A stretch of 64,000 nucleotides of DNA. Source: Lingula anatina. Lineage: Eukaryota > Animalia > Brachiopoda. Of the stretch, positions 11,672 to 23,418 are shown piece after piece. Numbering within the stretch: the stretch's first letter is position 1; each line of letters starts with the position of its first letter. The position numbers and the translations under genes were made by a program. The stretch lies in contig CM120644.1 in assembly GCA_051362555.1 (NCBI GenBank), positions 4,534,954 through 4,598,953 on the forward strand, given 5' to 3'. The notes beneath the pieces are model-generated. The model was not told the DNA's origin. It saw only the letters and a program-made list of their open reading frames with translations, and searched no databases.

Positions 11672-14600
11672 GAGCGCGTCCATGAGAAAGCCAGACAGAT
11701 CAGTCAGAAGGCGGCAAGGTGGGGGTCAGCAGATTTTAATAATTTTTGGTGTGGTAAACCATCAACATAAAAGATATTGTGAGCCACTGGCTTTCTTATT
11801 TTGGATCATTAGTTTTAGAGATATGGGGGCAGATCTTTTATTGGCAATTTTGCCAAAATATAGCATTTTTTAGCTCTTGAAAAGTTATAATTTTAAATAT
11901 TCTTTTAAAAAATCATGTACATCATAAGGATTTATTTAGGTAAGCCACATGATAGGTTAAGGAAAGATCTTTAATACCCAGTACAGATTTTTTGAAAAGG
12001 CACTGTCATGACCACACAAGGTTGATTCTAATAAGGCATGTTTTCCGTATTCTTGACCCCCTCCCCTTCTTTAAATGCACACAACTTCTTTTTTGCAGGT
12101 TGTATCCATATAATTTTGGTATGTGCTGATAGAAAAGGGTTGAAAAATAAATTTTGTAAAATAAAATCTGTGTTAAACCTTGTAAAATAAGAACTATAAC
12201 AATTTTAAAAAGGGCCTAAAAACGAATATTTTTACACTACTTAAATGCTAAACTGTTTCTTCAACTAAATTAATAAGTCAAAACCATGTATAGGTTTGTG
12301 AAAAGCCCTTAAAATAATTATGTTTGCCCTGCAGACGACCTTATGAAGCGAAAATACATTTTTTTAATTTGTTTATGTTGTAGAAACTAAATGTAAAATA
12401 ACGATGCTAACTCTGTGACCTATTTTCAACATGGCGGGTACTAGGATTATCACCGGAGCAACTGTGGAGCAAAGCACATCGTCTTCACAGTGTTAAAACA
12501 TAATACTTTCTTAAATTTATGAAGAACATGCACTAGAGATGCTTAGATACATCTCAGAAGGATTGGTGTGCACCAGAATATAACAAGAAATGACCATAGC
12601 AGCTGGTCGTCCTTAGAATGTGAATTTTTGGTTGAACCACTTCAGACTGTTGTCAGGCTTGGGTTCCTCAATATATCCATCTCATCGATTTAGCTCTGGA
12701 TGTTTGTTGTAAGGTAAGTGATCAGTGGTGGCATACATATACTAGAATCAGATACACTAAAAACTCAAACCAGTTTGAATATTATTCAGTAATATAAAGA
12801 ATATAAGCAAATTTAAAAGACATACTGGTATATTTCAATTCACAGAGTTTTACTTGATTTCTGTTTCATGGTAAACATGGATGCTGAAAAGAATTAACTG
12901 TGTAGCTAACTTATGAAGTATATTTTTGCATTAAATTCTAGGGTTTGTTACATGTGTTATCATAAGACAAACAGTTAAAGACTATACTGAGCTTGAAGAC
13001 AGCTTCATAAGAAATTTCTTACCCAGAATCAAAGGTATGTAACACACATTCAGTTTCAAGTTTTGGCTTTTTAGGGGATGTTACTTGTGCCAGTTTTTTT
13101 ATATTTTAGTTTTATATTCACTATGCAGATTTATGTGTGTTTACAATGAAGTTGAAGTTAACTGCCTGTGCTTCAATTTTCAAGACTTACATATTACACA
13201 GGACACTTGTAACTAAAGGTACTTTAGTAAAATCAGGAAAACTTTGCAGTCCATTATGTTGTTCATGTTGCTTTGCAAGGGGGCGTGCCAGACAATTAAG
13301 CTGATTACAACGACTGAGCCCGAGTGTGATACTCCGCTGAGATAGATTGATCCTGCTCGATAGTTTCTATTCTGAACACAGTAAGCCTCTGTTGTTGTAA
13401 AGCATTTATTGATGTTATGTTTATTTTTCAGATTTTACATCCTAGGCCTGTATGTGAACCTTGACCTGGACAATCTTACAGACAATAATAGAAAAGTCAC
13501 CTGAAATTGCACAGGCAAATTCATCAGATTCAGATGTGACCACCAACTTTGTAATGCCTGGAACACTTCCACGGAGAAGAAAAAAGGTTTACCTTTTTTT
13601 CATTAGTTTCTTTTTCTATCATGAAATTCTGGTAGCTACAATCATGCATATTTGATTTCCTTTTTTACACTTATGCAATATGTTTGATCAGAATATTATT
13701 TAGTAATTGTTCTTATACAGCAATTAACATAAGTTTAAAATATGTTTAATACATTTTCTTTTGACAGCCTGTCCTGCCATCTTCAGGTAGACGCAGTAGT
13801 GGATATCCTGGCAAACCTCTATTGGACTTAGAGCCACCTTGGGTCAATCCCCCATAACAAATGTGCATCTTAGGCTTGGTAATCTCAATCAGTTTTGTAG
13901 GAAAGGAGGATAATTGGCGCCACTGAATTGACAAATATTGACAATTGACACTTCAGTCACACTAAACTATAGTGGCATGTTGCTTCAAGTTACCACACTT
14001 ATTCTAAGATTGCTGAATTATCATTACTGTAGGAGACCCTGGATCTCTCAACCAGAAGAAGAAACTTGGGGACCAATCAGTTATAAGATTAAAATCTGTG
14101 GAACACTACCCATCACTGTTGTGTTCAGTTTATGAAAAAGATAACCGTGATATTGGAACATTGGAGATTCATAACTTGATTTCACTCCTGTAAAAAGTAA
14201 CTGCTTTGTTCTTTTACTGTCCAATTGATAATATGAAAATAAAGTACTCCTCCTGTCATTGTATGTTGCTGACTCTGTTTTAATTTTCTTTATAGAAAAA
14301 GAATATAGATATCAAGATATCACATGTATTTACAAAGCCTATGAATCATTTGAAAGGAAAAAAATTGGTTGAAAAATGCAATATAAATCATTTCAAGTGG
14401 ATTAATTAGTGTTGCACTTGAGAAAACTGATAAAATGAGAAAGTCATTCCCTTTTACCTTTAGAAAAATCATTTGTAATTTTTTTTCTCTATTGCTCCCT
14501 GAAAATAAGGTATATACACAATGCTGATGATACTGGTTATGCACAGTAAAAACTTATTAAATGGGGGGGGGGGGGGAATAACTTGTCACTAGTAATTTAA

Positions 14601-15435
14601 ATTTATTCAGAAGTTGTATGGCTCTGTTTGAAAAGAATATTATTTGAGCAATCCTGTATTACAGATCTCAAAATAAAAAACCTGCAAAAATGGGCCTCTT
14701 GATTATTTTGAGGAATTAGGGTAACTGTATTTTGGGGCAGATTTGATGGCAGCCATTTTTTATTTATAAAAATTGGATAGATTTGCCCTTATCAAAGCAT
14801 AGTTTGAATTCCTGGCTGTGAGTCTTTGATTAAATTTGATTATTGGAAGGTATTATCTCAAAATGTACTGATATCTTGATTTCGGCCGTTTGGTTTTCTG
14901 CTAAAATTGCTAAAGTTTGAGGCACTTTTTCAATATCTTCTGTTGTGTTTAACACACTTTTTGAATTTTGTATGATTAGACCAATATATGCTTAGGATCC
15001 CTATAAAATTTTATGGCTGTCAAGCCTGCAAAAAGAGAGATATGAATGATTGAACATTGCTTGGTAGAAAAGTGCGTTTGGGGGGTGGGGTCATAAAAAT
15101 GGGCGTGGCTCGTTAGTTTGTGGGTTAAACTGAAATTTAGTAACATATTCTCAATGGCAAATGGCTGGTTTAAATAGGTAAATTTTCAATTAATTTTAAA
15201 AAGTCATCAGTTTTGACATATTTGCTTATGAAGTGGCTTTATTGACCGAAGCTGAAAATCAAGCCAAAAATGGCCAAAACATAAAATATCATATTATAAT
15301 TATATCCAATGATTTCTTTTGGGATTGTTGCCTTCAATCTTAATATCTCATATATGCAACAATATTATGAATTTGGTTGAAATCTGTTGACCCCCACCTT
15401 GCCACCCTCTGACTGGTCCTATCATGGACACACAC
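11672..15435 (+). mobile_element. TTAA-flanked DNA element, copy 2 (inverted), right arm of the palindrome
   Basis: Reverse complement of 7794-11611 along its length, with scattered substitutions and indels. TTAA at 11668-11671 and 15436-15439. The ORF track shows mirrored pairs (11410-11640/11682-11873; 9080-9286/13938-14135; 8713-8904/14320-14544). Confidence 0.85.
12427..14243 (+). pseudogene. Degenerate spliced transcription unit inside the element (mirrored in copy 1)
   Basis: CAACATGGCG (YY1/Kozak-like) at 12427, donor AAG|GTAAGT at 12714, acceptor TTTTTCAG| at 13431, donor AAG|GT at 13587, acceptor TTTTGACAG| at 13767, AATAAA at 14238. No continuous open frame. Confidence 0.5.
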
Positions 15436-15739
15436 TTAATGTTCAGAGGAATTGGTGTCTTGGGGGTACATGTACACATGGGACAAAAAAAAATCACATT
15501 TCTGCTGAGAAATCTGAGCCTTGAGTAGGTTCTATTCTAAGGGTCGGTTATTCCACCATTTTGGAAACGAATAAAAAGCGTGTGTAGTACATGTACGGTA
15601 TGCATGTATATACCTGCACTGAACAGGGTTGGGTGAAGCTCAAAATACTTGATAACCAGGCAGGAATTGTTGCTTAACTTGCTAAGAAGAGTTTCATCAT
15701 TGACAATTAAAGAACCCCTTGTTAGTGTTTAGTAGATAT

Positions 15740-16303
15740 TTTTGCCAGAGTCCGTTATTAGAGCTGTCATACCTTTAATCTATTGCCGTAAGTTATCCCT
15801 TTCTCACTTAGTTTAATTTCCAAAAGTTTATATACAGAAAGTGTCAGTAGTTGTTATGTTTTACAATATCATGTGCCATGAACGTATTTTGTTTTGTTAT
15901 AGCCGAGGAAAACAGATGGAATGTATACAAATGCACCTATACAATCAGTTTTCAGGTCAAGGTATAAAACTACACTGAAATTTGCATCGAATCAAACAAG
16001 GCTATTCAATTACATCAGGAAGTACACCCAACTCAAATGTATTTGGGATTTGTCATATGCCTGGACACTGTACGATTGACCTGGTTAAATCAAACAAGTT
16101 GTCAAACTATACCTAAAAGCCATTTAGTATATACCCCCTGTACGTCTTCTGTATCATGAGTATTATAATTAGATTAACATGACCCACCGGCTATGAAGCC
16201 AATACTATGTAACTACAAGGATATGTGAAGATGTATATGGAGGGCTTTAGAAGGAGACTGGAAGGGGGAGAGTTATCTGAGGCATAATTAAAGTCTTGGA
16301 AAG
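15740..16303 (+). repeat. Direct duplicate of IAP 5' intronic region 4114-4663
   Basis: Colinear match from GTCCGTTATTAGAGCTGTCAT to TTAAAGTCTTGGAAAG. ORFs 4551-4739 and 16191-16424 share FQDFN..SDNSPPSSLLLKPSIYI. Confidence 0.9.
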
Positions 16304-16529
16304 TTTTGTTTTTTTTAGGTCGCTGCGTCAAGGAAAAAGAATTTACTGCCCTCCACTGCGTGGGATAGACTCCCCAGCTTCTTTTAAAATGGAACTCATA
16401 AATTATCCATTTGAAATATTTCAATTAATCAATTAATATTAAAGGTAATTTATCAAAGGTTGAATACTTTTTAATTATTAAAAAAAGAGAGAGATGATAT
16501 ATTATTGAGATATCTAATTTTGATTTACT

Positions 16530-19180
16530 TTTTTTTCTTTCCAGTCCCTATGATAACTACACAATACGTGAAAATTTCTTGACCAAGAAAACCACCACTG
16601 GAAAAGATTATATGAAATGACCCAAGGGTAAATAACATTTTAGTTAACTTCTAAAGATACAGGTGATATGAGAGGCAAAAATGGGACAAAAAATACATTT
16701 CTGATGAAAAAAATGAGCTATAAGTATTCTTAAAGTCGGTAATTCCATCATTATTGGAAGCAAGTACAAACATATACTTGTAGTTACTGTATTTGTTGTT
16801 GCATGTATATACGTGTGCTGGATAGGGTAGGGTTAAGCTAAAAAACTTCATAATTAGATGTTCTTCTTGGCAGAAATTGTTGCTTATCACCATAACAAGT
16901 TACATCATCGACAATTAAAAACCCATTGCTTATAATATGTATTTTCTAATGTTATACGGTTGTAAAGTTGATATTTCTTATGTTTGCAATGCCATTGGTT
17001 ATTTATGTGCAGATAATTTACTGTCCAGCTTGACAGAAGAGACATCTCAGTCAGTCAAAACAAAACGTGATAAGGTTTCTAAAGTTCTGCTGAATGTGAA
17101 TTCTAAGGAAAAATCAGACTTATCTTAACCTCAAGCAACCAAAGGGTGAATGTCTTTAAAATATTTTTAAACAAGTACAGTGTAGATGGTTTATCTTTGA
17201 GATATCGATCTAAAATTTAAAATTTTAGGTCTTTTTCTAGTCCCTATAAAATCTACATAATATTTGAAAATCAGCAAGTTTTGTGACGGAGAACACCATC
17301 TCTTGAGGAGTTGATATGAAATTACCCTAGAGTTAATAATTACTTTTTGTAAAATTACTCAAGAAACAGGTGTTTTAGAGGACAAAATAGGGAAAAAAGT
17401 CCGTTTCCAGTATTCTTGGAGTCGGTATTCCCACTATTTAAGAAACGAATATTAAACATGTGCACTTCGTGTAATTATTATACATGTATACATGCACGTA
17501 TATATGTACCTGTACTGAATAGGGTTGGGTGAAGCACAAAATACTCAAAAGTAGGTGTTCTCCCTGGCAGAAATTGTTGCTTATCATCCTAGCTAGAGTT
17601 TCATCATCGACAATTAAAGAACCCATAGTTTGTAATATATGTCTTTTAAATGTTAAGGGTGGTGAAGTAGACATATCCAAGATTACCACTGCCATTATCA
17701 CATTGTGTGTTGATAATTTACTGTCCAGGTTGACAGAAATGATAGATCTCAGACAGTCAAAACAAGGAGTGATACGATTTCTAGTTCTGCTATAACAACG
17801 AATCAGAATTATTCTAACTTTTAGCAACCCAAGGGTGAATATCTTTCATTTGTTTTATAAAGAAAGGTGGTAAATCAATTTGTATATTTTGGTGACAAAA
17901 GAAATAACGCATTTAAAATGTATTTAAGAGTATTTGGGCTCTTGCGTGATCACTGATGGAGAAAAATGTGCTTTTGACATCAAAATTTATATATGTCTTT
18001 ATTAGTTTATCTATAAGCTTCGACACTTAATAGTATTATTTTTGGCGTGACTGAAACTGTTTTATACAGCATCCGAGCATTAGACTAATTTTCATATTTC
18101 GCCATGCAGTTATGTTGTGTCACGTAATTTCAAATTGTTTCCTCCTAAATGAACAATTATATGCCCAAGGGATTTATAATAATAATAATATTTTTTTTTT
18201 TTTTGTTCTAGCACAATTTGACAAAGGCTATTACCAAACAATTACATAGGTACCATATTGAAATAGGTTAATACTTAAATGTAAAATCTGTTATACAACC
18301 ATTGTCATTGGTGAAAATTATACTATTTAATACATTCTGTATTTTCATATACCTTACTGACCTTAAAATATCATACATATTTCTCTCATTTAGTAGGCGG
18401 TGGCTGGTAGAGAATACCAGATCTTTCTCGGTTACATGTTGTTATGTATCTACAGTGTAGCTAGATTTTGTATTGTGTCATGACAGCTGTTTTGCATTAA
18501 TGATTTGAATTGTTCAGTATGGTTTGTGTTTTGGACTTATTGTTGGTTTAGATTCTTTCTTTGATTTCCATATTGGGGACAGAGCAACAAGAAGTGTATT
18601 TCATCCTCTACTCCTCGTCTGCAAAGTCTACATTTTATTTTTTCAGACGGTAGAGGGTTGGGTTTTTGAAATCTGTCTCTCTGTATTTCTTACATTTTAT
18701 TTTTGTTCTAGTCCCTATGATATCTACAAAATGCGCGAAAAATTAACAAGTCTCTTGAACGAGGGTAACATCGCTGGAAGTGTTGATATGAAGTAACCTT
18801 AGGATAAATAAAACCTTTTTTTGAAAATGTTCAGAGGAATTGGTGTTTTGAGGGTACACATGGGACAAAAAATCCATTTGTGCTGAGAAATCTGAGCCAT
18901 GAGTATTCTAAGGGTCGGTTATTCCACCATTTAGGAAGTGAGTAAAAATTGTGTGTAGTGCATGTATGCATGTATGTATCTGCACTGAACAGGGGTGGGT
19001 GAACCTCAAAATACTTCATAACCAGGCAGGAATTGTTGCTTAACTTGCTTACAAGAACCATTGTTAGTGTTTAGTAGATATTTCTAATGTTAGCACTGTC
19101 ATTGTTACTTTGTGTGCTGATAATTTAGGGTCAAGCTTGACAGAAGAGGCAGATCTCAAACAGATAAAACAAGGAGTGAA
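16530..19180 (+). repeat. Diverged array of about 0.5-0.7 kb units, each starting polypyrimidine-AG|TCCCTAT
   Basis: Unit starts near 16545, 17241 and 18712; a fourth unit is split as 7760-7793 + 11612-11671 + 15436-15740. Shared blocks include GGCAGRAATTGTTGCTTA, CATCRACAATTAAA and GATAATTTACTGTCCAG. Confidence 0.8.
18207..18690 (-). mobile_element. Second, shorter copy of the LINE 3' fragment (paralog of about 6302-6767)
   Basis: Colinear match from TCTAGCACAATTT to TGTATTTCT, next to a T-run at about 18191-18204 (poly-A in element sense). Upstream flank 17871-17985 also matches 5761-5870, which suggests segmental duplication. Confidence 0.85.
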
Positions 19181-21029
19181 AGTGACAGAAATAGAGTGAA
19201 TTACATTAGTGGTAATTTCGGAGTGTGAAGTAACCACTAGCTAACTCCATATCGCAAGTGGCAACCCTAACTGGCGAGCACTGCAAACTTATGATTGCCA
19301 CGTTGATGAGTGCTAGCTGCGTGTTAATTGCGCTCAAAACGTTACAGTACCGTTTATTTTTCGCCTTATGGTCTGTTATATCATCATGGTTTTATCTATG
19401 AGTCAAACTTCATCTCGGCCATTTTGTTTTTAGTTTTCCATACAAATATATAGATGTCTCTGATGGATAGAGTGATTGGCTTCGATGCAGTGGTAGGTGG
19501 AATGGTATCACGTGATTGAAAAAAGCAGAAACGTTACACCTCGTTATAGGTAAAGAAAATGACACGCTCGATGCACCGGAGGGGTATCGTTTATTTAGGA
19601 GGCGCACACAAAAGTTTGGTCTGTATTTGAAAGCGACGAACTAGTCACAATAGTTGAGACTTTCTTAAGTTAACTCATGTGAGAGTAATTTTCAAGTGCG
19701 TGTTCTCTCTATATTTTTATGTCAATTTAAACTAGGCATAGCAATTAGGCAACACCAATAGCTTTGTATGTAGCTTGTCATTTGTAAACAGAAATTAAAT
19801 TATTACATCGCAAGCTTTACTTCGGTCTCTCTCTTTTTTTAATAACGTAAAGGATTGATATTACAGTTTCGAATTTAGGCATCACGTGCGCATTGATCTC
19901 TCAACTGAGGGACATCACAATGAAAAAGAACTTGAGTTTCATTAAAACATGCTGTGTATTAATACATGTATTTATGGCACCTGACAATTTTGACGAGCGC
20001 TAGAAGCCGAGTACCAGTCATAAGACACTCGCCAAACTGACGAGTTTCAAAAATTAAGCCGCACACCCTGCAGTAAAGGATGGGTGGTACATACAGTATA
20101 TATGACGACGAAGGACTTCATTCTAAATAGATTGAGAGGAAAAATGTTTGAAAGAATGTTTATGATATACTGTAGCTTACATTCTTAAAAATTGTCTTCG
20201 TCATATAACGGTAACGGTTCACATAAAAAGCATTGTACTTACATATGATGCGGCCAAAATCATAATCTTTCTCAAGTTGACATTGAACTCTTTCACAGAC
20301 AGGTACTGCTTCATTAGTTCCCTGAATACATTATAATTCAACATACTTCTGATGGAAATGCTCTTCTCTAAGATAGGGGAAAATATGTTTTAGAGAATTT
20401 GGCATTGGATTGGCATTGGCAACTTCTTTCCTGGCCTCAGCTTATGATTGTGATTATTTCCGGCTTCATATATCCTTAGAGAACAAAGGAACATCATCTG
20501 TCTTGTCTTACAACTTTTAAAATGTTCACTTTTTGGTTAGGATAAGCGATTCTTCCTTAATCTTCCCATCCATGAAATGTTAAGATATCTTACATGTATC
20601 ATTCCTCATTTTGACTGACCAAAATGATTGAGGTGGCTCACTGTCTCCATACACGAAGATTCTGGCCCTTGAGTCTAGCTTGACTGTAAACTGTCAGCTC
20701 ACATGACAGTAAACTGTCAGCTCACTCTGAGATCTACCAATTACAGTAGTACAATCAAAAATGGATTCTACAACCCTTAAAACACTCCAAAAGATGAAAC
20801 ACAAAAGTACCTATAATTGTTGATGTAACTCTAGGGAGGCCTTTTGGTTGTCATTTTAATAATTATTAATGTGTCATATTTGTGTTCAGCATCAAATTTC
20901 GCTTCTGCAAGCACCTGTTAAGGACATTTTTCATGTTTGCCCTACTCACTATATATTGTCTCTAAATAAAGAATAACCCAGCAGGCACTCAACGTTGATT
21001 CAACATTGAGGATAGGTTGAGATGATGTT

Positions 21030-21375
21030 GATCCATCAATATTGATAGATCAACAAGATCTCAACATTGAATCAACCTTTTCTTGTCAACCAATTGTCAA
21101 TGTTGATAGATCAACAGGGTCTCAACATTGATTTAACCTTTCTTTGTCAATCAATTTTCAATGTTGATAGATCAACAGGATTTCAACATTGAATCAACCT
21201 TTTCTTGTCAACCAACTGTCAATGTTGATAGATCAACAGGGTCTCAACATTGATTTTACCTTTCTTTGTCAATCAGTTTTCAATGTTGATAGATCAACAG
21301 GATTTCAACATTGAATCAACCTGTGTTTGTAAACCCTTTGTCAATGTTGACATATCAACTGGATCTCAACATTGG
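21030..21375. repeat. 61-bp tandem array (122-bp dimer) at the left end of the element
   Basis: AATGTTGATAGATCAACAGGGTCTC recurs at 21099 and 21221, alternating with a GGATTTC variant. Confidence 0.85.
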
Positions 21376-22559
21376 GCCAACCTTAACTTTATAACCTTAA
21401 TCATAACCTTGATAATAGTTTTAAATGATTATCTCACTAGAGAGGTATGCATAGCAGTAATTACCCCCCATAAAACGCTTGTTTTACCCCTTTTTCATTA
21501 AAATTAATTTTGTGAAAAAAGCGGTCGTCAGTTTTTTTTAAACTTTCCACAGGTTATCTTTAAGAAAAAGAAAAAAACATAGGGTCACCAGCCTTACTTT
21601 ATGGCAAATTGACAAAATTTTACTCAAGGTTGAAGAAAAAGCTTGAAAAAGCCAAAAATGCCTGTTTTTCTGGAAATTTAAGTTAGCTGTGAGAAAAAAA
21701 TTAGACTGGTGACCCTTTGTTTTTGTATTCTTAAAATTATCTTAACTACCTGATGTGACGTTATAATTATTTTAGTAAAGCTAATTTGTTGTTTAATTTT
21801 TATGAGGAATTACCGTATGTGCCTGCATACTTGTATAATGTAAATGAAGTGCGGGACTGTTATTAAGTGCGAGACTCCGGATAACATGAACTGCTGCAAC
21901 ACGTGAGTGTGGACAGTGTGTAACACTTTTACAGTACAAAAACTGTACTTTATTAACAGTACTTTGTGAGGCCACACTATCAGGAGGATCGTTCAACAGA
22001 TAAGGACATGGAAAACGGTGACATTGCGTCTTCAAAACCCCACACTATCAGGAGGAACGTTTAACAGAAAAGGACTCGTAAAACTGTGACATTGCGTCTT
22101 CAAAACTTAACTGTCTACGAATCTGTTAGAATTTAACTGTATTTGACAAATGTTAAAGTTTATGCAACATGATAGTATTACATGTAGTTAGTTTATGTAG
22201 TGTATGTTCATTGTTTGTAATATATTATATTCATAGTTAACTTAGTTGTTGTTTGTGTTTTTTTATGTTCGGGCTGTTTTGGTCCGTAACACTGAGCATC
22301 AAACTGGAAAGTTTAAAAAGAATCTGACGACCCATAGGTGGATACAGGGGCCCGGCCCCGGGGTCTGGACCCCCCCCCTTTTCTTCCGAAATTACCTTTT
22401 TTTGTAGGTAATTTTCCTAATTTTCCCCCCTTTTCAGATCTGAGTCTTTTTATTTCAAGAAATGCTTGATATCTTGGAGAACACCTTCAGCCATCAGGCA
22501 AATTTCAATCAAATATCCTGATAGCCTAATTGATATATCAACGTTTATTCAATTTTCAA

Positions 22560-23418
22560 ATTCAACTTTATTTCAACATTGATTCAACATTGGGGTATCA
22601 ATGTTGATTCAACATTGATACCTCAAGGTTGTTTCAACCTCGATGGTTCAAGGTTGAAACAACCTTGATGGTTCAACGTTGAGTCAACTTTCATAGTCAA
22701 CGTCATATCAACATAGTTTCAACGTTGACCGTCAACGTTGATTCAACATTGAGACCTCAAGGTTGATTCAACCTTGATGGTTCAACGTTGAGTCAACTTT
22801 CATAGTCAACGTCATATCAACATAGTTTCAATGTTGACCGTCAACGTTGATTCAACATTGAGACCTCAAGGTTGATTCAACCTTGATGGTTCAATGTTGA
22901 GTCAACTTTCATAGTCAATGTCATATCAACATAGTTTCAACATTGACTGTCAACGTTGATTCAACATTGATACCTCAAGGTTGATTCAACCTTGATGGTT
23001 CAACGTTGAGTCAACTTTCATAGTCAACGTCATATCAACATAGTTTCAACATTGACTGTCAACGTTGATTCAACATTGATACCTCAAGGTTGATTCAACC
23101 TTGATGGTTCAACGTTGAGTCAACTTTCATAGTCAACGTCATATCAACATAGTTTCAACGTTGACCGTCAACGTTGATTCAACATTGAGACCTCAAGGTT
23201 GATTCAACCTTGATGGTTCAACGTTGAGTCAACTTTCATAGTCAACGTCATATCAACATAGTTTCAACGTTGACCATCAACGTTGATTCAACATTGACAC
23301 CTCAAGGTTGATTCAACCTTGATGGTTCAACGTTGAGTCAACTTTCATAGTCAACGTCATATCAACATAGTTTCAACGTTGACCATCAACGTTGATTCAA
23401 CATTGATTCAATGTTGAT
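22560..23418. repeat. 109-bp tandem array, about 7 near-identical copies
   Basis: GTTCAAYGTTGAGTC at 22671, 22780, 22889, 22998, 23107, 23216 and 23325. Confidence 0.95.

Noticed and set aside
7794-15435. Palindrome as a sequencing or assembly fold-back artefact
   Set aside because: The arms differ by many substitutions and reciprocal indels, end exactly at TTAA, and the loop is colinear with an empty paralog.
17438-17827. 129-aa minus and 88-aa plus ORFs in the array unit as a live gene
   Set aside because: Sister units have stops and frameshifts in both frames, and I recognise no domain.
22560-23418. CRISPR-like appearance of palindromic repeat arrays (also 36938-37300 and 40150-41298)
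   Set aside because: Whole units repeat head to tail with no unique spacers, there are no cas genes, and the DNA is eukaryotic.
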